Source of the DNA: Podarcis bocagei
Taxonomy: Eukaryota
Length of the DNA: 64,000 nt
Strand: one strand, 5' to 3'
NCBI GenBank assembly: GCA_964188305.1
Contig: OZ076898.1
How positions within the stretch are numbered: the stretch's first letter is position 1; each line of letters starts with the position of its first letter. Both the position numbers and the translations under genes were made by a program. A model generated the notes under the pieces. The model searched no databases and was not told the origin of the DNA. It worked only from the letters and a program-made list of their open reading frames with translations. Positions 35,003-64,000 of the stretch are shown piece after piece.

Positions 35003-37126
35003 GTGAGTGTTTCTCTCCTCTAGCCTGACCTTGTGTTCTCTCAGGAGAGCTACGGCACCCACAGCCTGGCAAGCTTTGGCCTTAATTTTATGCTTTTCTA
35101 GGTCATTGAAGGTTTGTATCTGATCTCCAAGAAGCAACTTGCAAATAATCTACAGGCCTAATTTTATTCAGAGGTTGTCAGTGCGGCACCTGCTCGCCCC
35201 ATGGTGCCTGCCATAGCATCATACGGTTCCTGCAAAATGTCTCAGTAAATATCATCTCACAAAATGTCTCGGTAAATATCACCTCAAAAATCCATAATGC
35301 ATGAGAGACTGATTGCCGTACCTGCTCATTTCCTGTTTGGGTTGGCTTTGTTGCTCTCTTACTTCGAACACCCCCCCCCTTAAATGTGCCCATATTTTTC
35401 GGGATGCCAGGATTGGACACCCAACTTCCCAACCATTCTGAGCAGAGGACAAATTCAGTGAGCTTTTCACTGTGAGTGTATATGGCAGTGGCTGATACAC
35501 ATTTTTTGTGAGGCATGCCCACTGCTTTTTGTGATCCGAGCTGATTTTATGCTCCTTTAGATGTGGCATCCCTTTCATGTTATACCACGCCGTGACAGCA
35601 CTTCCTCATAATTCCACATGTGCCCCCTGGCCCTGAAAGCTCGGTGACTCCTGTTAGTCTGCCTGATTTAAAGGGATCTGGGTGGGAAGCAGTGGGTGGA
35701 GCACATGCTCTAAACGAAGAGGGTCCTGTGATCAGTTCCCCAATATTTCTAGCACAAAGGAATCAGATAGCAGCTGATGCAAAGGCCTCTGCCTGAGATG
35801 TGGAAAGGCTACTGCAGGCAGTGTAGACAATAAAGGGCCTGTAGTCTGACCTGCTATAAGGAGGCCTTGTTTTGTTTTGTTTTGTTTTAACCCTCCTTTT
35901 GAACAGCAGGAAAGGGCAAAATAAACAAACCCCAATATTTAAAAGCCCTCCCAGTCCCCAAGATTAAGAGTACTCTGTACCACGCCTCACTCCACTTGCT
36001 TTTCAAAAGTCTTGCTTTTATAACCTGCCTTTAGTACAGAATGGAGCTCAGAGTGGTTGTGTGGGGTTTCAAAGTGGTCTCCCATCCAGGCACTCCCGAG
36101 ACCAAGATCTGCTTAGTTCCAGAAAAGCTGCTGTTGATGCTGTCTGGAGGTGGCAATATCTTTCTGCTCAGCTTTTGTACACCTCCAGTCCACTTCTCTC
36201 TGCTGGTTTCTCCACTCTGCTTTTCCCATTTTGCTTTAGTCTTCAGTAAGTAACTCTCAGTCCCAGTGGATTTGCACCGCCCATTTTGGGAAACCCCTGA
36301 GGCTTAACTGTACGTGGGCAGGAATGCATTTTATTCCACTGGGTATTATTGTTGCAAAGGCTGGCTTAAAAAAAAATGAGCTACTGGCTGTGTACATGCT
36401 ATATACATTTAAAGCGCTTTCGAAGCACATTCTTTCCCTCAAATAATTCTGGGCACTGTAGTTTGCTAAGGGTTGCTGGGAATTGTAACTCAGAGGGGCA
36501 AACTAGAGTGTGCAGAATTATTTGAGGGAAAGAATGTGTGCCGAATGTCCTTTAAACGTTTAGTGTGTGCATAGTTGTCAGGAGGCAAGGCTTCACTGTC
36601 CCCCAGGAAGGAAGCTGCCTTAAACAGAACCAGACCTTTGGTCCACCCATCTCAGCATTACCTGCACTGACTAATAGTTGCTGTCCATGTTTCAGTCAGG
36701 GGACATTCCCAGCCCTACTTGGTGTTGACTTCTAGAACTTCCACCTCACGGTTGGCCTTGTTTGCCGCATGGCTCTCGGATGAGCTGGCAATGTTTTGAG
36801 AGTTACAGTTGCACAGAAGAAGGGGACAGAATTCTGGTTATTCTTCTTGATGTAGTTAAGCCAGCACCAGAGGAAGAAACTGTGTATATACATATATACA
36901 CAAACATGAATTATTATTTTTTTTAATGCAAGGGGAGCATTGAAATTTGGTCCTCCCCCACCTGCAGTCTGAACTGGTGTAGTCCAGAAAATTATACCAT
37001 CTCATTTTGTGTTGAATGGCTGTTCAGGTTTAAAGGATATAGTGCATCCTCAAAGAGGAATGGTTGCAACACAGCACCACAGCACACATTTTACATGCAG
37101 AAGGTCTCAGGTAGACAATCCTGGTC

Positions 37127-37214
37127 TAAAGGTAAAGGGACCCCTGACCATTAGGTCCAGTCGCGGACGACTCTGTGGTTGCGGCGCTCATCTCGCTTTA
37201 CTGGCCGGGGAACC
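37127..37214 (-). mobile_element. Sauria SINE 3' fragment
   Basis: Matches the 3' end and (ACCTTT)n tail of the full copies at 52271 and 62024. Confidence 0.85.
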
Positions 37215-38268
37215 GGTATAAAAAGTAGCTTCCTACGCAGGTGGATCACTAGTCTGAAGGCAGCTTCCTATCTTTGGATTTCTGTTTTATGGCCCTTGGA
37301 TATCTTGAGTGTGTTGTCTTCTGCCCCTCCCTTTTATAGCTGGTCCTTATCGTTTGTCCTATGGGCCTGCAAACACAGCAAGCAAGGAACTGCGTGGCAC
37401 TGCAAGAACTGTAACGAGTTCTGCTTTGCCTTTGCAAGGATCCTGATGCTGTGAAAGAAACTGGATTCCAGCATCAGGTGGACTTCGTTGAACGGTGCTG
37501 GTTTCATTATAACAAGCTTCTCCCCCCCCAAAAAAAAAGAATGCATTGGGTGCCCTGTATTATTACTGCCTTGATCCGTCAGTCTTGGGAGTTGTTGGTC
37601 TTGAAAAGAGGTGCCTTTAGGGATCAAACCTCTAGAGGGAGCAACTTCCATATTTTTGTGTGTAACCCCCCCCCCCCCATTTCTTTGGCATCTTAATAAC
37701 CTAGCACTTTTATGCCTGGTGTTAATAGCTAATGGAGGAAAGTATTTAAAGGAGCTTTGGAAATGGATTCCCAGCACTGGAGCACACCAAACATTTATTT
37801 AACAGTAAGGGAAAGGAAGACAACTTGAATTGTGGAAGCCTGTGTAATTTGTGCTACTTTGTAAGGAACACTTAGTATGCAGCCGGTAGGCATCTTACCT
37901 CGGGGCTGTTGGCTTTATCAAAAGGGTGGGGGAAGATAGTGTCTCTGATTAGTGATGCAATCGTTGGTACTAGCCAATAGATTTGTGCAGCCACAGTCTG
38001 AACTGCACTAGATACTCGAATTGGTGCAGTAATGGGATGGGGTAGACGTGTTGCATGATAAAATATCCTGCATCTTAAGTGCTGGAGAACTGCTTTCCCT
38101 TTGATGCAGACATTTCTTTGAAAGAAGGCTTCTGAAATCCTAGGACTGGGCCACACTGCCGCAAAAAATGTGGACTTGTACCTGCCTGTCTCCCCAATAA
38201 TGGGAGGGGCATCCAGATGAGACCCTTCCCACCCCAGTGTTGTCTTAGAGGGGAGACAGGCAGGAAGG

Positions 38269-38269
<1 letters not shown>

Positions 38270-38305
<36 letters not shown>
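38270..38305. repeat. (GT)n microsatellite
   Basis: Direct reading. Confidence 0.97.
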
Positions 38306-38309
<4 letters not shown>

Positions 38310-39901
38310 GTTCCTTGCAAAGTCCAAAACAGCCAGGATCGAAAAACTCCGCATTTAAAGGGGGAAGGATGCAGGACAGCATCATGTGGGAGGCTCTCCA
38401 TTAGTAGAGAGACGGGTGCAAGTCCAGTGTAAACAAATCCTGGGATTCTTATTGGCGTCTTGATTCCCCGACAAATATGAAGCTGGGGGTTCTACCTGCA
38501 GGATACAAGATCCAGGCCCTCAAAGGACTCACCTGCCTTTAAAAGGGGCACAAGAGCGAATATTTTGCTGCCTCAAGCTGCTCTTCCACTATCAGCATAG
38601 ACGAAGCAACTGGAGAATCTGCACCTTGCTGGAATTTTCCCTTCTCCACAACAACTGAAGAGATGAGAGCTCTCTTGAATCTGGATCCTAGCAACCATAA
38701 TTCACTTCAATCCATGCTGATAAATTGTTCTATGATGCAACAGTATGTTATTTTTTCCCTTTGTCAATGAGCCTCAGGCATCTCTTCCCACTTGCTTTAG
38801 GACACTGCAGTGGCAGAACACTGGAGCCTTTGAACAAATGGGTAATAGTCACAGATGGACCGGCCTTCAATAAATCGTCTGGGTTGTGCCTGTTCTCCCT
38901 TTTTGTAGCTTAGTTTGAAGCATGTATGAATCTCTTTCCAGTTCCCTTTTTTAATTTCCATTTCCTTTTTCTAGATCCAATGAGGGAGGGAAGGATTTCC
39001 TTGCCTTACTTTACTTTACAGAAGATGTCTTTTGCATGCTGTTTATCATCTGCCCTGGGTCAAAACCTCTGGATGTGTATAAACCTTGGAACAGTCACTC
39101 TTCCTTTCTAAACTCTTCCCTTTACCAAACCAGTGGGGTTCAGTGCAATTAGTCTAACCTCTTAAACGTCAAAACATCTTCTGCAGGCTGCTTTGATCCA
39201 GTGCCAAAATACTGTATTTTGATCATGGAGAGAGATTTTTTGTAATACAACCTAGTGTCTATGGTTCAACTTATTATTTTATTGATTTTAGCCGCCCTGA
39301 TCCCGGCTTCGGCTGGGGAGGGCGGGATATAAATAAAATTTATTATTATTATTAAGGAAAAAAACCACGCAGCATCAACTGTTCTGTATGAATGTCTTCT
39401 ATTTTTACAAACATTGATTTGAGGGCTGGAGAAATGTAATTCCAGATTTCTGCTAGTATAATCGTTTATATATTCTTTTAGTGTCTCAGTAGCTGCACCC
39501 AGCATCCCTTGAGCAGCTCATCAGTGTAAGTTTACAAACCTCCTGCTTGTTCCCAGTTCATCCTACACAAACTTGAATTGCTCTAGTGTAGTTGCATTGA
39601 AGGGAAAGTGTTTGGCTTCCCTCATTGGCAGATGAAACTTAAAATCTCACTAAAACATGCTTGTCACAGTTTAGGATCTCATTCTGCAGTTCACTGGGGT
39701 CGGTGTTCATCAGATAGAAAAGTCTCCCAGTATATTTTATTAAAAGCTAGAAACCATAGTTTTATAGCCATCCCTGACTATTCTGTCCTGTCACATGAAT
39801 AATCTCTTTATAAACTGTTGTTCCTCTAGGAAATATTCCAGTCTGTTCCAGATTATCCTCCCAGTATTTTTTCCCCCTGCCTTGAGATTTTCAGAGAGGT
39901 T

Positions 39902-57685
<17,784 letters not shown>

Positions 57686-60317
57686 GGCCTTTGGGGAAAG
57701 GGCATTAAATTATACAGTACCCACAACTCTACCCTGTAACCAGAGTGGGCCTTTCCAAACCCTCTGGGTATGCAGCCATATAATCTTGCATCCTTGACCT
57801 AAAATTCTTCTGTCATGTCAAAAAAGAAACAGCGTGCCCTGCTCCTGCCTCTTTAACAGAATTTCTGTGTGTGGATTTTAGCCTCTGAAGCTGTTCAGGG
57901 CATAGAGATAAAGAATGATCATTGTTCATGGGACAGCCCCAGTGGCTAGTTCAACCATAACTTTCACCGTTTTCAGGTGGCCTAACTGCCTTAGTTTCAC
58001 TTTCTAAACCCTGATAGTACACTGGATTATTCTAATGCTGGATACCGGGACTCACGACCTCCTTCCACCCCTTGTCCAGATAAGCCTAAAGTTGACTCTG
58101 CATCTCAGTTTACCACATCCATAACTCCTTATCACCTGCTCTCTATTTACATTCATGGGAACTATCATATAGGCAACCTGTTTTCATGGTACATGTCAAA
58201 ATAGTGTTGGCACCCCTAGATTCCAAATCTCAGCCTCACGAAGAGTATAATTTGATTCTAAAACCCTTTTAACCCTAAACACAATATGATCTACATCCAA
58301 AGGTATGAGTAACGGTAGTTATCCTGGTAATCACAGCTCAAAAAATATGTCCGGGGGTGGATGGGGAACAGCCGTAAAATGCAAAACAAATACCCAAAGT
58401 ACCAGTTGTACTAACTAGTGCTAGAGCTGGTGGCCACACAACTGTTTGCCTGTTACTCTAGCATCTCCTTGAATCATAATTCAAGGTTGTGCCACCTCTA
58501 CAAACAAAAGAAACCTACTTGAGCTGTCACCCACTTCAGTTTGTGAATTGTCTTCGTTCCCACTGGTGGAAATTATGGGAAATTCATTTGAAACTAAGAG
58601 CCTGTGGAACAAATCTCTAGTCGGGCTGTCAGCTCTCTTGTATGCAACTGGACTCTGCAATCTTTATGATGTGGGATGACGAGATTAGCAGAATGTGGGG
58701 CAGGAGGAAACTCTTGCTTAGTAGGCAAAGACTAAAGGGAACCAGCAAGCTGTGTGACACTTGGGTGGACAGGGAGGTCTAGAAGGTTAGAACAGTGAGA
58801 ATAATACAAGCTGGGCTCTCTGGTTGGGGGTTGAGCCTATTGGGCTTAAAAAACAGCACCCAAGAGCATAAATCTCCTAGGTTCTCTTGTTGAGTTTGTG
58901 GAACAGTGCATCAACCGGCATAATATTATCTTGTCTTGCCAGGTAACCTTTCAAGGCACATCTCGAGAACAGTAGTTCTTTCTCTGACGTCTTCTGCCAG
59001 TCTGTGCAATCCTCTTTTTTGCAGCTTCAGACAATTATTTTTTTACAAAAAGGAAATACACCTCCTACACATTCACAAAGCCGAAACCTTCTTCCCAGAA
59101 GTTCATTTGGAGAAACCACTACTCGTCCTTCCACTTGCAGACACTTTCCCACACTTGCAGAAAATGGCTGTGTGAGAGAGTAGAAGCATCTCAAAGTGAT
59201 TAATCAAAGAGTTCCAACTTTCCTAGGTCCAGTTGTTTCTGGTGAGAAGTGTCGTCTTCTGTTACGGGCCAGACGTCAGAAGTTATCCTCACCTAGGCAA
59301 TGAGAATATTCTGCCCCAGTTATCTGCTAGGATGATTGCTATTTTCTGTGAATAAACAACTGGGAAATGTCTCTGGCTTTATTACTTTCCTTAAGTGATT
59401 GAGCAGTGGGAAGTACTTGGTTAAAGCAAATAATGTGTCAGCTTTGAGGGTCTAGGTCACCCCAAAGGTGGAAATTCCCACAGTCCTTGGCCAATGGCAG
59501 TCTGTCAGTTCCTGGAACAAGTGCCTTAAGCAGACCCAATGAATGAAGAAGAAATTAAAATCCCATGCCGGCCAGACTCTCTAGCCAATCAACCAGTGAA
59601 ATAATATTCTGTTCTTAGCCTATGAGGATGAACAGTGCATCCCTGCTGACTGGTGAATTAGCATTATGAAATCTTTCCTCCTTTTATCCAAGGAAGAGTT
59701 TAAGGTTGCCGATTCTTCTTAGCCAATCAGCTTTCAAAATTAAGCACTGGGATTTTCATCCAATGAACAGGAGCACATGTCCTCTTTTTACCTGCTCAGC
59801 TTCTTAGATCTCAGCCATTCAGATGTGTGACAGGGTCACAACTGAACATATCTTCTGCAGGCTGATTTTCCTGTTATGCAGTGGGTGGAAATTTCTTTCC
59901 CAGGGAGGTGAGGAGGAAGCCACCAGTTTAAAGAAGGGCGTCCTTTCACAGCTGCAGGTGCATCTCCTCGGTTGAATCGGGGGGCATCCCTTTGTACGGC
60001 CACAGTTCCTAAAGCATGCAAGAAGAGTAGGGGAATAGTATAATGAGATTGTTCTGCTTGTGTTTCTCCAGAAGAGTGAAGGAAATAGTACTTTACAAGA
60101 TTGTGGTGGACTTCCTTGAGAAAACAGCCACTCCTGTTTCACTGCCTGTCCAACCCAAGCCTGCCAGGTACGTTAGGTGCCACACAGGAAATTGCAGATA
60201 AGATTATATTACCTTGTTTATTTAGAACCCCACCTTTATGGCGAGTTAGGGGGCTATATAGAAACCAAAGGAAGCAGAGACTCTTGGGTCCTCTACAAAG
60301 AGAGGAGGGTGTAACAT

Positions 60318-60545
60318 ACAGTGCAGGGGTTTGAGTGCTGGGCTGAGATCTGGAAGGCCAGGGTTCAAATGCCCACTCAGCCATGAAACTCACTGGGTGA
60401 CATGGGGCCAGCCACCATCTCTCAGCTTAACCGCCCTCACAGGGTTGTTGGGAGGGTGAAATTAGGTTGGTGAGAACTTGGCACACCACTTTTTAGCTCC
60501 TTGGAGGAAAGTTGCGACATGAAAGTAATGATAAAATAAATATTA
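60318..60545 (+). mobile_element. tRNA-derived SINE (Squam3-like)
   Basis: B box GGTTCAAATGCC; body similar to the copy at 44058. Confidence 0.75.
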
Positions 60546-62023
60546 ATTAAGGAGCCGTAAGTCAGGATGATTTTTAAAAAAATATATTCATAAGGCCATC
60601 AAACCATCTTGGAGTCATGTTCCCGTTCCACCCATTCATTTCCAGAGAAAATCCTGGACTATGCCCACCCGCTTTAGAGACACCGCACTTTTCAGTCAGG
60701 AGTTTTCTCGTAATCTGTCTCTAAATGTCTGTGACAGGAACTGATGCAGCGATAGGGAAAGTTTGCCCAACCTGTTGAATTTCTGCCAGCTTTAAAAGCA
60801 CAAGAGCCACCCAAGCAAATGGGGAAAGGCAGGGAGGGGGGAAGCTGTGATTCTAATCCATTAAAAAGCTTCTCCCTAGGGTGATGGATTATAATATGTA
60901 GCATAGATGCCTTTTACAATTGCAGAGAAGGCCAGCAACACAACTTCTGCCTTTGACACAACTATTAAAGGTACAGGGTCCCCTACCTATTTTACAACTG
61001 GTTCACATCACTTTCCTCTCCAGCAGCCTGTATTCTTCCATCCTTCGTTCCTCTCCTTAACTCTGTAGGACTCAAATCTCCCTTCTCCAAAAACACATGA
61101 GACCTAACTTAATAGCTGCTCCCGCAAGTTACTTAGGTGTTGTTGTTTTTCGCCTTTACCAACACAGCAGACACCAGCTCCTTTGCGAAGGAGTAACAAG
61201 CAAAAACCTCATGCTCTCCGCCCACCCTACTAGGAGACCTCGCTAAACTATCCAGTTCATTCTTCCTTTTTCACACCGCATACCTGCTTGCTTAGGAGTT
61301 CCGGGTGTATATCCTCTTTTAAGTCCCCTGTTTATTGCTCTTCCTCATGAGATGCTGTATACAGGACTGTGCTCAGAGGGAAGCCATGGAATGCCCAACA
61401 CACTCTCTCTCTCTCTCTCTCTCTGTCCAAACCGACTTTAGGAGTTGTCTTCAGCAGCTGCCCTTCCTGCGCTTGTTGCCAGGTGGAGAGTAGAAGCAGC
61501 TCACCGATCCCGGAAGCCCAGGGATTGATTATTTGCAAAGCACCTGTTAGGAGTCTGGCTGCCAAGGTAGCTTAGAGGAATCGCCCTCCCCTGTAAGCAA
61601 ACAATGCAGCCTGCGGAGAATTTTAATTAATGAGACAATTGCATACCAAGCAGGGGTGGGGTGGGAGAGAGAGAGGTGAGCTCTGGTTGTCCCCTTCATT
61701 TGCATGACTAGGGGTGTAGGCAACACCCCCTCTTTTCTCCTTGGCTCTTGGGATATCTGCATGATCAGATCACACTTGGAGCCATGTCTCCAGACACAGG
61801 ACATTTATGCACAAACATTGCTTTGGAGTGTGGGTGGTAATACGCATTTAGTTCCCATTTGTTGCACCTGTATGCACTTTATCCCTCAAGGCTGCATGAA
61901 GGTGATTGTCCGCTTCTCAAGAGACCAGTTGGCTGCTTTCTGTGATGTCATTCATTGTGAGTGATATAACTTCCCCTTTGTCCAAGTACCCATACGGTTT
62001 TGGAAATTTTAAAAATTTAATTT

Positions 62024-62380
62024 AAAGGGTAAGGTAAAGGGACCCCTGACCATTAGGTCCAGTCGTGACCAACTCTGGGGTTGCGGCACTCATCTTGCTT
62101 TATTGGCCGAGGGAGCCGGCGTACAGCTTCTGGGTCATGTGGCCAGCCTGACTAAGCCGCTTCTGGTGAACCAGACCAGCGCACGGAAACGCCATTTACC
62201 TTCCTGCCAGAGTGGTACCTATTTATCTACTTGCACTTTGACGTGCTTTCGAACTGCTAGGTTGGCAGGAGCAGGGACCGAGCAACGGGAGCTCACCCCG
62301 TTGCGGGGATTCGAACCACTGACCTTCTAATCGGCAAGTCCTAGGCTCTGTGGTTTAACCCACAGTGCCACCCACGTCCC
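62024..62380 (-). mobile_element. Sauria SINE, full length
   Basis: Highly similar to 52271-52624; GGGACGTGGGTGGC head on -, (ACCTT)n tail. Confidence 0.92.
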
Positions 62381-62589
62381 ATAAAACTTAATATACATAT
62401 CCTTAATTCTGTAGATTTTGTGTTTTCTCCTAGTCAATGATTTGGTGGTTGTGCTCATCTACCATTTCATTATAAATTGTGAAAGGGCAGTAAATCGACC
62501 CCACTCCTATGCTCCACCAGTTTAGGAATTTTAAACCTCTTTGGAGACTGTGAACAGGCCATAACTTAATGGCAAAGCATCTGCTTTGC

Positions 62590-62890
62590 TTGGAGGTCCA
62601 ACTCTGGGAGCCTTCTGACAATTCCCTCACTGCAAGAAGTGAGGTTACAGGGAACCAGGCAGAGGGCCTTCTCAGTAGTGGCTCCCGCCCTGTGGAACGC
62701 CCTCCCATCAGATGTCAAGGAAATAAACAACTATATGGCATTTAGAAGACATCTGAAGCAGCCCTGTATAGGGACGTTTGTAATGTTTGATGCTTTATTG
62801 TGTTTTTAACATTTTGTTGGGAGCCGCCTAGAGTGGCTGGGGCAATCCTGTCAGATGGGTGGCATATAAAGAATAAAATTATGATGATGA
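62590..62890 (+). mobile_element. L2 LINE 3' end
   Basis: Encodes RAFSVVAPALWNALP; 3' stem and short tandem tail. Confidence 0.8.
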
Positions 62891-63178
62891 TATTGATGCA
62901 GAAGATTCCAGATTCAATTGCTGGCCTGCAGGTAGGGCTGGGGGTCCACCCCGACTGAAATCCTGGATTGCTGCTGCCAGTCAGTGTAGCTGTCTAGCTA
63001 GAATGAGCAATGGTCTGGCTTAGTTTAAGGCAGCTACTTCCTATGCCCTGCTGTGCTGGAGTGCACATCTAGCCAGGCTTTGTTTCTACGTAGAAGAAAG
63101 GGATGAACAGTAGCAAAGCAACCGTCTTACGCTAATATGTCACTTATATGTACAGATAGGGATAATGTGTTACTGTTA

Positions 63179-63726
63179 CAGTGGTGCCCCGCAAGACGAA
63201 CGCCTCGGAAGACGAAAAACTCGCTAGACGAAGGAGTTTTTCGTTTTCTTAGCCGCTTCGCAAGACACATTTCCTTATGGGCTTGCTTCGCAAAACGAAG
63301 CTTGCCCCACAAGCTCCGGGGATAGTGGGGAAGCGCAGTGCGTCTTCCCCGCTGTCCCCGGACCTCTTTTGAAGCAAGGGGCGGCAACGGGGAGAAGATC
63401 GCTTCTCCCTGTTGCCAGCCCCGCAATCTCTGGGGACAGGGGAAGGCGCGCGCACCTTCCCCTCTCTCCCTGGACCCCTTTTGAACCAAGGGGCGGCAAC
63501 GGGGAGAAGCGATTCTCCCCGCTGCCCCTTCCCTTGCTTTAAAACAGGTCCGGGGACAGAGGGGAAGGCGCGCGGCGCTTCCCCTCTGTCCCCGGACGGT
63601 CTCCATAGGAACGCATTGATTGATTTTCAATGCATTCCTATGGGAAACCGTGCTTCGCAAGACGAAAAACTCGCAAGAAGAAAAAACTTGCGGAACGAAT
63701 TAATTTCGTCTTGCGAGGCACCACTG
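63179..63726. mobile_element. Young Tc1/mariner (Tigger-like) MITE with GC-rich internal repeats
   Basis: TIRs CAGTGGTGCCCCGCAAGACGAA / TTCGTCTTGCGAGGCACCACTG, TA duplication. Confidence 0.9.
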
Positions 63727-64000
63727 TATAAACAACTTTTGCAGAGACTTTTGCAAAGGCAATTGCAACATTACCAGCATTCTAGTCTCTCATGGGGCCT
63801 CCCCATTTCCCTTCTCAACCGTTCTGTAGGCCCAGGGAGATGTCCTACTACATAATTTGTTAATCAAATGGATCATCCTTTAAAATTTCTCTCTATCTCA
63901 CACTCACGCCTGTGTTTTGAATATATTTGGGCTTCATCTCTCTTCTACCTCCCTCCCATCTATCCCTTCTACACACAGGGTCCTTTCTCAGAGGGAGGCC

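Noticed and set aside
37340-37454. WHCKNCNEFCF as a RanBP2-type zinc finger
   Set aside because: Lacks the conserved Asn and second CxxC; the frame ends shortly after.
57700-64000. RPL18, the human neighbour of FAM83E
   Set aside because: No RPL18-like coding exons recognised in this interval.

Overview
Vertebrate genomic DNA. The repeat content (Sauria/Squam SINEs, BovB, L2, Penelope-type and Tc1/hAT MITEs) points to a squamate, probably a lacertid lizard (inference). Genes reconstructed by hand from splice signals, left to right: the 5' half of PRPF31 (-, runs off the left edge); TFPT (+); NDUFA3 (-); a three-Ig activating LRC-type receptor at the OSCAR position (+); an unrecognised multi-exon gene with a bipartite NLS and a LOTUS/OST-HTH-like exon (+, 3' end unresolved); and FAM83E (-), whose intron 3 contains the single-coding-exon Ly6/uPAR gene SPACA4/Bouncer on the same strand. 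NDUFA3 intron 2 holds an old L1 fossil interrupted by three younger insertions: a hAT MITE, a palindromic Penelope-type fragment carrying hammerhead ribozyme motifs, and a stop-free 5'-truncated L1. The best candidate for something undescribed is the LOTUS-like gene, which sits at the junction of two blocks that lie megabases apart on human chr19. Most entries in the ORF track are spurious. Gene names and family assignments come from recalled sequences, not database searches.
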